DNA of 64,000 bases from the human T2T-CHM13v2.0 reference genome, Homo sapiens. Made by a program: the position numbers and the translations under genes. The stretch lies in assembly GCF_009914755.1 (NCBI RefSeq), contig NC_060929.1; one strand, written 5' to 3'. The notes beneath the pieces were generated by a model. The model made no database searches. It was not told where the DNA came from and saw only the letters and a list, made by a program, of their open reading frames with translations. Shown piece after piece: positions 37,101 to 49,800 of the stretch (the first letter of the stretch is position 1; every line of letters begins with the position of its first letter).

Positions 37101-38255
37101 AGCATAATGTTGCCAGTGGATTTGTCACATATGGCTTTTATTATTTTGAGGTATGTGCCTTCTTTGTCCAGTTTGGTAAGAGTTTTTATTATGACAGAAT
37201 GCTGGATTTTGTCAAATGCTTTTACTGCATCTATTGACATGATAACATGGTTTTTCTTTTTAATTCTTTTTATGTGGTAAATCACATTTATTGATTTGTA
37301 TATGTTGAACCAACATTGCATCTCTGGAATAAAAGCTACTTGATCATGGTGTACTATCTTTTTGATGTGCTGTTAGATTCAGTTTCCTAGTATTTTGTTG
37401 AGGATTTTTGCATCTATGTTCATTAGGGGTATTGGTCTGTAGTTTTCTTTTTATGTTGTGTCCTTGCTTGATTTTGGTATCACGGTGATGCTTACTTCAC
37501 AGAATGAGGTAGTAAGAATTAACTTTCTCCTCGATTTTTTGGAACAGTTTCAGTAGAATTGGTACCACTTCTTCCTTGCATGTCAGATGGAATTTGGCTG
37601 TGAACCTGTCTGGTCCTGAACTTTTTTGTTGGAAGATTTTTATTACTGATTAAATTTTACTATTAATTATTGGTCTCTTCAGGATTTCTATTTCTCCCTG
37701 GTTAGATCTTGGATGGTTGTATGTTCCAGGAATTTATCCATTTCTTCTGGGTTTTCTAGTTTGCATACATACAGATGCTCAGAGTAGTCTCTGATGGTCT
37801 TTTGTGTTTCTGTTGTATCAGTTGTAATGACATCTTTATGAATTCTGTTTGTGCTTATTTCAATCTTCTCCATTTCTTTCTTGGTTAATTTAGCTAGTGG
37901 TCTATCAATTTTGTTTATCTTTTCAAAAAAACAGTTTTTCTTTTTCATCAATTCTTTGTAATTTTTTGGTCTCAATTTTGTTTAGTTCTGCTCTTTGTTA
38001 TTTCTTTTCTTTTGCTAGCTTTGGGCATGCTTTGTTCCTGTTTTTTCTAGTTCCTTGAGGTGAAACTTTGGCTGTCTATTTTGAGATCTTTCTTTTTTGT
38101 TTGCTTTTAGCCATACACATCTTCTTTTTAAGTTTTAGTTTTTGTGGATATATTTAGGCATTTAATGCTATAAACTTCCCTCTTAGCACTACTTTTGCTA
38201 TATCTCAGAGGTTTTGGTGTGTTCTGTCTTCATTTTCATTTGTTTCAAAAATTTT

Positions 38256-38328
38256 GTGGGTTTCTGTGACTATGGAGTAGTAATTCTTTTGTTTCTTTGC
38301 TTCTCTAATTAACTTGCTTTCACTTTAA
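38256..38328 (+). mobile_element. Short ERV1 LTR fragment (MER41-like, poly(A)-signal region) flanked by a TSD
   Basis: ctatggagtag...attcttttgtttctttgcttctctaattaacttgctttcacttta; AAAAATTTT on both sides. Confidence 0.6.
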
Positions 38329-41300
38329 AAAAATTTTAATTTCTTCCTTAATTTCATTGTTGACCCAAAAATCATTCAGGAGCAGATTATTTAATTTCCA
38401 TGTATTTGTATAGTTTTGAGGGCTCCTCTTGGTTTTAATTTCTAGATTTATTCGACTGTGGTCCAAGAAGGTACATGATATGATTTCAATTTTTTAAAAT
38501 TTATTGAGACTTGCCTCATGGCCTGCAACATGGTCAATTTTTGAGAACACTCAATGCACAAATGAGAAGAATGTGTATTCTGCAGTTGCAGGGTAGAATC
38601 TTCTGTAAATGTCTGTTAGGTCCATTTGGTCTACAGTCCAATTTGCATCCAGAGTTTCTTTTTTGATATTCTCCCTTGATGATCTATCTAGTGCTGTCAG
38701 TGGGGTATTAAAGTCCTCTACTATTATTGTATTGCTGTCTATCCTTTTTCATAGGTCTAATAGTATTTGTTTTATGAATCTGGATGCTCCAGTGTTAAGT
38801 GCATATATATTTAGGATTATTATCTCTTCTTCTGGAATCAATCTCTTTATCATTATGTAATGACTTCTTTTGTCTTTTTTTTCTTTACTGTTGTAGATTT
38901 AAAGTCTTTTTAATGTGATAGAAGAATAGCTACTACTGCTTGCTTTTTGTATCTGTTTGCACAAAATATCTTGTTCCATCCCTGTACTTTGAGGCTGTAA
39001 ACGTATTTACCCATTAGGTGAATTTCTTGTATGCAGCATATGGTTGCATCTTAGTGTTTTATCCATTCTGCTAACCTCTATATCTTTTAGGTAGAGCACT
39101 TAGTTCATTTACCTTTAAAATTAGTATTGATGTGTGAGGTTTTGTTCTTGCCATAATGTGAATTATTACCTAATTGCTTTGCAATCTCGATTGTGTAATT
39201 GATTTATAAGACCTGTGTTTTTATGATAACAAGTATTACCCTTTCAGTTCCATGTTTCAAACTCTTTTGAACATTTCTTGTAGGAGCAGCCTAGAGGTGA
39301 CATTCCCTCAGTGTTTGCTTGTCTGGAAAAGACTTTATTTCTCCTTCATTTATGAAGTTTGGTTTAGCAGCACACAAAACTTTTGGTTGGATTGTTTGTT
39401 TCTCTAAGAAGACTGAAAATAGGACTCCAAACTCTTCTGGCTTTGAAACTTTCTGCTGAGAAGTCTGCTGTTAGTTTGAGGGAATTTCTTTTACTGGTGA
39501 TTAGATGATTCTCTCTTGTCACTTTTTAGGATTTTTTCCTTTATGTTGACTTTGGATAGTCTGATGACTCTATGCCTTGGTTAAGTTATTCTTGAAGTGT
39601 ATCTTCTAAGGATTCTCTGAGCTTCTTGTATCTGGATGTCTAGATATTTAGCAGGACCAGAGAAGTTTTCCTGCATTAGACCCTCAAATAGGTTTTTCAT
39701 ACTTTTTACCTTTTCTTCTTCTCCCTCTGGAATACCTATAACTCATAGGCTTGGATGCTTTGCACAATGCCATATTTCTCAAAAGCTTTGTTCATTTAAA
39801 AAAAATCTTTATTTTTGTCTGACTGGGTTAATTCAAAAGCCCTATCTTTCTACTCTAAAATTTTTCTTCTGCTTGGTCTAGCCTACTGTTAAGGCTTTCA
39901 AGTGTATTTTATGATTCCTTCCATGATTTTTGTTTCAATTTTAGAAGTTCTGCTTTCCTTTTTAAAGTATCTATCTCTTCTTCATATTCTGAATTGTTTT
40001 CCTGATTCTTTTGTGTTGGTTTTCAACTTTCTCTTGGATCACATTAAGCATTAAAGTCAATATTTTGAATTCTTTTTCTGATATTTCAAAGATTTCATTT
40101 TGATTAGGATCCACTGCTGAAGACTTAGTGTGTACTTTGGGAGTGTTGTAACACTCTGTCTTTTCATACTTACAGAATTGTTTCTCTGGTTCCTTTCCTT
40201 CTTACTTTCGAATTTATTTTCATTTGGATGGGATTTCCCCCCATTTTGAGGATATGACTAGAGTGTGTGTTGTGCAGGATCCTTTGGCATCAGTTCTGGG
40301 TGCTTTCAATGTTAAAGATTCTGTATAAGTTCCTCGGTTATAGATAGCTTTTGTTTGGTGGCTTTCTCAAATGCTGGTTGAAGTCGTGATGTACTGTGTG
40401 TGTGAACAGACTCACTGCTTCCTCCTGTGGGGCTGGGAGGGTGGTGGTCTCATGAGACTTATCTCATTCCCTAGTGCTGCGCACTTGTGTCAGCAGATTT
40501 TTCTTTTGGGTTATACAGTTCAACCTCCAAGCCAGTAGGTGGCACTTATGGATAAGAGCTGGCTGCAGCTGATAAAAAATGGTATATGTTTGATCTTTGT
40601 TTACCATGAGAAGCTCCCTGTAGATTCAGACATTAGACTGTCCTGTGGCATACATAATAGTCTGAGCTCCCTGCTTAGCCCCTGAGTGGGGACTAAGGGC
40701 CAGATCAGCAGGCCTGCCTACACCATCACTCAATGGCAGGCATAATCACCAGGTCCAAGGTGGGATTCAGGGTACAGCCATCAAGCACCCAGGGATGTAC
40801 TGGGGAGTAGAGTGTACAGACCTCCACTGTTCCAAGTTCTGTGCCTAGGACAGGTGGCCTAAACTCCTAATCAAAAAGAGTGGGTGCTCCAGTCATATGC
40901 CTGCAGATATAACTGGGCATGTAGTGTAGAGGGTGCCAGTGCACCAAGATGGGTGGTGAGAGGGAAAGGGGGTGACTCAGGCTTCTACTCCAGGTGAGCA
41001 GGTGCACTGATTGCTTGGAATTATGCCTGGGTATGGAGAGGAGAGGGCACCACTGCACCCAGATTTGTGCACAGGAAAGAAGGGGTGACTCAGGCTCCTA
41101 ATTCAGGCAGCAGGTGTGCCAAATACCTGGAGATATGTACTCTGGCAAGAAGTGGAGTAACTCCTGCATAACATTTTAATAGCTGATGCAGAAAGGTCTT
41201 TACAGGGGAATAAAGGGGCAACTCAGGCCCCTATTCCAGGCAAGTGGTTGTACCAAATGCCTGGAAATATGCCCAGGTGTGGAGAAGAAGGAGCACCACT

Positions 41301-41758
41301 GCACCAAGTTCTTTGCAAGGGAAGAGAGATGTGGCCCACGTTCCCATTCCGGGTGAGGAAGAGTAGGGTCTGCCTCCCTCTTGCACCTTACAGCTGGTGG
41401 GGCACTGTCTCCTGATTGACCAAGGGAGCAATCTGGGGCACCCAGCAATGACAGAGGCAGACCAGTCTCAAGCTACAAAGCTGTTCCTGGCCAGAGATTA
41501 CACCACTCAGGAGAACCTGCAGCTTCGGCAATTCTCCTCCTGCTCAAGTTCAGTGATGGGAGAAAGCCCAATTCTAGCACCTACTTATGGGGTGCACTCT
41601 ACATTTGCCATTCAATTTTGTCTTTGGGCAGTCTTCCCACACTCCAGAGCAAATGCTCTAATCTCTGGCTGGAGACTAAACTGCTTGTGACAGACACCAC
41701 TGCCAGATCATCAATCAATGAGTGACTGCATGAGTCCAGATTAAAAATGATATCTTCC

Positions 41759-42148
<390 letters not shown>

Positions 42149-43309
42149 TTATTGTCTCCCAGCCTTTCCCCAAGCTAGCTCCAGCACTTCAGAGACCCAA
42201 GGTGCTCCCTCATGGCCTGAGTTGCATGGATCCTTAATGGAAAACTGAATCACAGGTATGTTGTCCGCCTCTCATGTACTGGGGATTCACTCACTTTTAT
42301 CAGCAAATGCTGACATATAGCCTGCTTTCTGCCTTCTCTTTTCCAGGAAATGTAGAGTCCTTTGCTTTTTGGGTGAATTCCCATATTCCTTCTTGAATAA
42401 AAGCTCACAATATTGATCTTCATGCACTATTTTGCTGTGTCTAAGTGTATGAGGCACACTAAAAGCCTCTAATTTACCATTTTGGAAAAAAAAAACCTGA
42501 TAGTTCTATTTTCAATTTTTTTAAGAACCCCCATACTACCAGTACAGAATGGCTATACTGGTATACAATTGCACCAACAGTGGGTAAGTATTCCCTCTTC
42601 TCCACATCCTTGCCAACACTTGTTTTCTTTTGCCTTCTTGATAGTAGCCATTCTAACTGAAGTGAATAGACTGACAGCCAACTGATTTTTCTACAAAAGT
42701 GCCAAGAACACATATTGGTGAAAAGACAATCTCTTCAATGAATGGTGCTGAGAAAATTGGCTATCAACATGCTGAAGAATGAGACTAGACCACTACCTGA
42801 CACCATATAAAAAAATCAATTCAAAATAGATTAAAGGTTTAAATGTAAAACCTGAAACTCCAAAACTACTAAAAGAAAACACAGGGAAAATACTTCCCAA
42901 ATTGGGCTGGGCAAGGATTTTTAAAATAAGACCTCAAAAGCACAGGAAATAAAAGCAAATATAGACAAATTGGATTATAACAAACTAAAAACCTTATGGA
43001 CAGCAAAGGAAACTATTAACAAAGTGAAGAGATGACATACAGAATGAAGAAAATGTTGTGAACTATACATCTGACAAGAAGTTAATATCCAGCATATATA
43101 AGGAACTTAAACAACTCATCAACTTAAAAACAAATGACCTGATTAAAAAATGGGCAGAAGATCATAATAGGTATTTCTCAAAAGATGACACACAAACTGT
43201 CAACAGATATATGAAAAAATAATGTTCAGCATCTCTAATCGTCAGGGAAATGCAAATCTAAACCACAGTGAGAAACCTTTTAATGTTCTTTTCGTGGCAT
43301 GCTCTAAAG

Positions 43310-43605
43310 TACAGTTCACATGGTGGCCCAGAAACATGCTCTGTTTGATCTGCACGGTGACCTAAATTTTTTAAATTAAATGCAAAAAAAAAATGGAGAT
43401 TCACACATAAAATACACCTGAAAAAAAATCAAAAGACATGACACATTGTGCCAACCGATTTGCCAGTCAGATGGTTTAAATGAGTTCTTATGTCTCCAGT
43501 ATGTGTGCTACACTTCCCAGCACTCCCTATTACTTATACAATAGCTCATTTCACCCATTTCCTCTTACTCTTCAATCCCTGTAGACATTTGATTTTGTGA
43601 TCTTC
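43310..43605. mobile_element. MER102-like hAT fragment
   Basis: Weak similarity (ctgtttgatctgcac...ggagattcacacataaaat). Confidence 0.35.
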
Positions 43606-45569
43606 TTAAACTTTCATAAAATATAATATCCTTCCCATTTAATAGATGGGAATAGAGACACAAAAAAATGCTGTGTGATTATAATAAGGTTCTCATGAAC
43701 TATCAAAGTCTGGAAAAGGAAATCAAATTCATTGAAACTTCATATCCAAGCCATAATATACTTCTTCAAGCTTTGAACTTCTTACTGCCAAGGATTAGCT
43801 ATATTTCATGTAAAAGTATACTAGAGATTCATTTGGAAAAGAAAACAATGCCATACTCCATGCAATTATAAATTAGTTTCTGTAGAAACTGTAGCACCAA
43901 CTACATTTTATAATTATAATTTGTGATTTATTTAAAAAATTAAATTTTCCATTCAGCATTAGCTGTAGTGACTCATACTATTGGATTAGTCAATTTCCAT
44001 CTCTCTACCCTATAGATTATAGTTTCTTACATTGTTTGGAATCACTTTTAAGGATCTGAGAGATGTTCCAGTCCATTGTTAAAGCAATTTTCCATTGTCT
44101 ACAGAAAGGCTGCTCTCAGTGGATGGCAAAAGTCTATGGTTTCATTGACAGAAGAGAAAAACACGGCTCCCAAAATTTGCCCACTTGCTCACAGTCACAA
44201 AACAGAAAAATGGCAGAACTAGAAAAAGAACTGTATGTCCTCATCATATTTGAACTCTTTCCTTTACACCATGCAGACCATTCTGCTCCCATCTACACTC
44301 CTCCTTTCAGTGCTGCAAAGGAGTTACTTTCTGGAAGAGTGGTGGTAATAAGTTTAATCATGGCCCATTCTACCAAGCTTAGAGATGTCAACAAACTTGT
44401 GGAATTTCACAGATTGCATGGCTTTTTGTTTATTTCTATAGAACCCCTCCTATCTAAAAATTGAACTGTCACTTCTTAACAAAATACTGATTAAAATGGA
44501 ATATCACTAGAAAATTCTACTGCTTTCCTGTTGGTCATGGCTAAATATTAGTCTATATTAGGAAAATGGTCAAATCATCTGAGAAACTAATGATTCTGCT
44601 AGCAATGTTAACCAATTAATTAAGATTAATCACCCAATTATGGACCCCCCATTGTTTGTGTTGAGGGGTACAGTTATAAGGTATCTAAAACAAAAACAAA
44701 GCCTAGAAAACAATTATTTGCCAATCTGTGTGAGACTCAATTCTCATGCATTTTCACATCCTTTTCCTACTGTATTTGGAATTCAATGAAGAAATTGATA
44801 AAGCAATCTAGGATAAGAGGAGCAGGCTGCTCAGAAAAGATTGGGCTCTACCTGGGTCTTAAAGTAAAAGTGGATTAGAGGTAACTGAAGAGGAAGAAAG
44901 GCAGTGAAAATGCATGAGAATTTATACCAAAAGAAGCGTGAATATAGAGTATCTATAGGTTGCAAACAAGCACCCCACTTTAAACATTTCAGGAGCAGTG
45001 TGTAGGGAATAGTGAGAGAGGTAGTAGGTAGAGTGAGAGACTAGACACAGTATTTAACACTGAATAACATTCAAGGAGGTGACTGAGTATGTAAATCTAA
45101 AAATAACCAAATCGAATATAAAAACAAAAACTAAATTTTTAACAATATATTAAAAATTAAAAATATTTTGAAAACCCAGTCATTATTTTTTCATCCTGTT
45201 TAGTAATAGCTTTCCTTATTGAAACCATTGTGTTCCATTTTATAATAACCACCTTCTGACAGACACATGCAAATAAATATTGTGTTTGCTATTACAGATC
45301 TCAGCAATGCCTATATGAAAGAACTTATATTCCTGTAAAAATTTTGTTTACTTTCCACATGTTGGAAAACAAGATCCAGGGATTTACCGAGAGCCTTTTC
45401 ACTTTAAAATTCTCTTAAATTTCTGCATAACATCTTGTGCCTTATTGTAGATTGGGAAAACCTTTGTCTCACTTCAAGTCAATTCACGGCAGATTTGCAG
45501 ACCTGTTTCTAAGGAAAGTTATCTTACTTGTTTTTAAAGACATAATTTCTGTTCAAATTATCACCGATC

Positions 45570-45991
45570 TGCTGTCTCACTCATTGGTATGAATCAATAG
45601 CCAGGGCTGTAGCTTCTGCAGTTTATGCCAGATGTCCTCCTTCAAGCTTCTCCAAGTCTGACCAGGGTCATGCGTAAATCCATGATGAAGGGAGCCAGCT
45701 TCTGCAGGCCACACATGTGCTCAGGTTGAAAGCAGAGACACAGGCAAGGGTTCTAGTTTATCTGCATGGCTTCCATTTTGTCTTCCCTTTCTCCAGCTTC
45801 ACATTCAGTTTTTCTTTCCAGCTGCCTGCCCGACTGGCCTACAGAGACAATAGGCCACAACCAAACACAGCAATAACATCCTTCCATAGAATTGTATCCC
45901 AACTCCTACAAATATGTAAGTTCTAATTCCTATGAAAATTCTTTATCTTTCATAGTGATTCTGCATCACTGAATAAACTCTAGCTGAAACA
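45570..45991 (+). mobile_element. Old ERVL LTR (LTR41/MLT2E-F-like)
   Basis: 3' end catagtgattctgcatcactgaataaactctagctgaaaca; 5' boundary uncertain. Confidence 0.45.
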
Positions 45992-45994
45992 AAA

Positions 45995-46830
45995 TTGTTT
46001 TACCTTCAAACTTTCAACATCTATATATTTTGGGTAGTTCTCTTGTAAACCTTATAACTTGGGTTTATATATTCACATTCAGAAAATCTTTTAATTTGAT
46101 TATGTTTTTCATACTTATGTTATTTTGAGGACATTTGGCTTTAAATAGACTACATTTTTTTTTTCTATTTGTTCCACATGTTCTACTTTACTTTTTACTC
46201 TGTTTTTGGCATTCTTCTGAATTAATCTAGTATTTCCATTGTTGGTTTTACATTCTTTCACTATTTTATTTTTAGTAGTTATACTCATTAATCTTTAATT
46301 TACTCAAGTTTAATGTAAGAAAGAGATTCACATTTCCTGTTGTTAATAGCGTATTTGGGGTAAATATGACATTTTAAGATTTAATTTCCATTTATTACAA
46401 TGTTTCATATAACTTTCTCCCTTTATTATTTTTTAAACAGATCAATTTTATTATTCCATTTTTTCTCTCTTTTAGCTTGTTATCCATTATTTTACTCTTC
46501 TTTTTGTGTGCTAGAGATTACAACATGCATGCTTGACTTGTTAAAGTACCATATAAAATTTTCAGACAATGCAAGAATCTTCAACACATTAATTCTATTT
46601 ACCCTTCTCCCATCATTTGTGCTATTGTCGTATGCTATATTTCCTATATGCATTTAAAATTCCATAAAGCCTTATTTGTTTAGATCATTCCATATATTTA
46701 CTCTTTCTATTATTTTTTATATCTATTCACATTTCTGTATTTTCCTTCTGCCTCACAAATTCCCTTTAATATTTTAATACAGGTCTTCTAGTGATAAATT
46801 CGCTAATACTTTTTTCTGCTTAATGATAAG
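45995..46830 (-). mobile_element. Ancient L1M fragment
   Basis: T-rich; ctagagattacaacatgcatgcttgactt and ggtcttctagtgataaatt are typical of L1M. Confidence 0.55.
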
Positions 46831-46854
46831 TTTAGTTTGTCTTATTTTAAAATT

Positions 46855-49800
46855 TTCTGTCCAACTTTTATATGTTTGGGGGTATATTTGCAGGTTTGTT
46901 ACATGAGTAAAATCACGTGTTGTAGGGGTGTGGTGTACAGATTATTGTGTCATTCAGATAATGGGCATAGTGCCCAACAGGTAGTTTTTCAATCCTCACC
47001 CCCTTCCCAACCTCCACCCTCAAGTAGACCCTGGTGTCTATTGTTCCTATCTTTGCATCAATGTGTACTCAGTGTTTAGCTCTCACTTGTAAGTGATAAC
47101 ATGCAATAATTGATTTTTCTGTTACTGTGTTAATTTGTTTAGGATAATGGCCTCCAGTTCCATCCGTGTTGCTGCAAAGGATATAATTTCATTATTTTTT
47201 ATGGCTGCATAATATTTCATGGTATGTATGTACTATATTTTCTTTATCCAGTCCACTGTTGATGGGCATGTGTGTTGATACCATGTCTTCGCCATTGTGA
47301 ATAGTGTTGTGGTGAGCACACATATGAACGTGTTTTTATGATAGAATGATTTATATTCTTTTGGGCACATACACAGTAATGGGAATGCTGGGTCAAATGG
47401 TAGCTCTGTTTTAAGTTCTTTGAGAAATCTCCAGACTGCTTTCTCCAGTGGCTGAACTAATTTACATTCCTACCAGCAATGTATAAGCATCCCATTTTCT
47501 CTCCAACCTCTTCAGCATCTGTTATTTTTTACTTTTTAACAGTAGCCATTCTGACTGGCATGAGATAGTATCTCACTGTAGTTTTAATTTGTACTTCTTG
47601 AATAATTAATGATGTTGAACATTTTTCCATATGCTTGTTGTTCATGCGTATGTGTTCTTTTGAGAAGTGTGTCTGTTTATATCCTTTGCCCATTTAAAAA
47701 ATGTTATTTTCTGCTTGTTGATATAAGTTACTTATAGATTCTGTACATTAGACCTTTGTTGGATGCGTAGTTTGAATATATTTTCTACTATTCTGTAGGC
47801 TGTCTGTTTACTCTCTTCATAGTTTTTTCTTCTGTGCAGAAGCTCTTTAATTAGGTTTCACTTATCAATTTTTGATTTTGTTGCAATTATTTTTGTAGTC
47901 TTTGTCATGAAATCTTTGCCAGAGCCGATCTCCAGAATGCTATTTTCTAGGTTTTCTTCTACAGTTTTCATAGCGTGGGGTTTTACATCTAAGTATTTAG
48001 TTCATCTTGAGTTTATTTTTGGATATGGTGAAAGGAAGAGGTCCAAATTCCATCTTCTGCATATGGCTAACCAATTATCCTGGCACCATTTATTAAATAG
48101 AGAGTCATTTCCCCATTGCTTGTTATTGGTGGATTTGTGAAAGATCAGATGGTTGTAGATGTGTGGCTTTATTTCTGGGTTCTTTAACCTGTTCCATTGG
48201 TCTACATGTCTTTTTTTTTTTTTTTTTTTGGTACCAGTATCATGCTGTTTTGGTTACTATTACCTTGTAGTATAGTTTGAAGTCAGGTAGTGTGATGCCT
48301 CAAGCTTTGTTCTTTTTGCTTAGGATTGCTTTAGCTATTTGGGCTCTCTTTGGTTCTATATAAATTTTACAATGGTTTTTTAATTTTTTTATTATACTTT
48401 AATTTCTGGGTTAATGTGCAGAACATGCAGGTTTGTTACATAGATATAAACATGACCTGGTGGTTTGCTGCACCCATCAACCCGTCATCTGCATTAGGTA
48501 TTTCTCCTAATGCTATCCCTCCCCTAGCCCCCCAGCCTCCGACAGGCCCTGGTGTGTGATGTTTCCCTCCCTGTGTCCATATGTTCTCATTGTTCAACTC
48601 CCACTTATGAGTGAGAACATGCGGTGTTTGGTTTTCTGTTCCTGTGTTAGTTTGCTGAGAATGATGGTTTCCAGCTTCATCCATGTTCCCACAAAAGACA
48701 TGAACTCATCCTTTTTTATGGCTGCATTCTATTTCATGGTGTATATGTGCCACATTTTCTTAATCCAGTCTATCATGGATGGGCATTTGGGTTGGTTCCA
48801 AGTCTTTGCTATTGTGACTAGTGCTGCAATAAACATATGTGTGCATGTGTCTTAATAGTAGAATGATTTATAATCCTTTGGGTATATACCCAGTAATGGG
48901 ATTGCTGGGTCAAATGGTATTTCTAGTTCTAGATCCTTGAGGAATCACCAGACTGTCTTCCACAATGGCTCAACTAATTTACACTTGCACCAACAGTGTA
49001 AAAGCATTCCTATTAAAAAAAAAAAAAGCATTCCTATTTCTCTACATCCTCTCCAGCATCTGTTGTTTCCTGACTTTTTAATGATCACCATTTTAACTGG
49101 TGTGAGATGGTATCTCATTGTGGTTTTGATTTGCATTTCTCTAATGACCAGTGATGAAGAGCTTTTCTTCATATGTTTGTTGGCTGCATAAATGTCTTCT
49201 TTTGAGAAGTGTCTGTTCATATCCTTTGCCCACTTTTTGATGGGTTTGTTTTTTTTCTTGTAAACTTGTTTAAGTTCTTTGTAGATTCTGGATATTAGCC
49301 TTTTGTCAGATGGATAGATTGCAAAAATTTTCTCCCTTCTGTAGGTTACCTGTTCACTCTGATGACAGTTTCTTTTGCTGTGCAGAAGCTCTTTAGTTTA
49401 ATCAGATTCCATTTGTCAATTTTGGCTGTTGTTGCCATTGCTTTTGGTGTTTTAGCCATGAAGTCTTTGCCCTTGCCTATGTCCTGAATTCTATTGCCTA
49501 GGTTTTCTTCTGTGGTTTTTATGGTTTTAGGTCTTACTTTTAAGTCTTTAATCCATCTTGAGTTAATTTTTGTATAAGGTGTAAGGAAGAGATCCAGTTT
49601 CAGCTTTCTGCATATGGCTTGCCAGTTTTCCCCACTTATTAAATAGGGAATCCTTTCCCCATTGCTTGTTTCTGTGAAAAAATGTCATCAGTAGTTTCAT
49701 AGGAATACCATTGAATCTGTAAACTGCTTTGGAGAGAATGGCCATTTTAAGAATTTTGATTCTTCCTATTCATAAGCAGGGAAAATTTCCCATTTGTTTG

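Noticed and set aside
44063-44464. 133-aa ATG ORF
   Set aside because: Overlaps degenerate MIR-like sequence, has no recognisable domain, and its length is within chance expectation for 64 kb.
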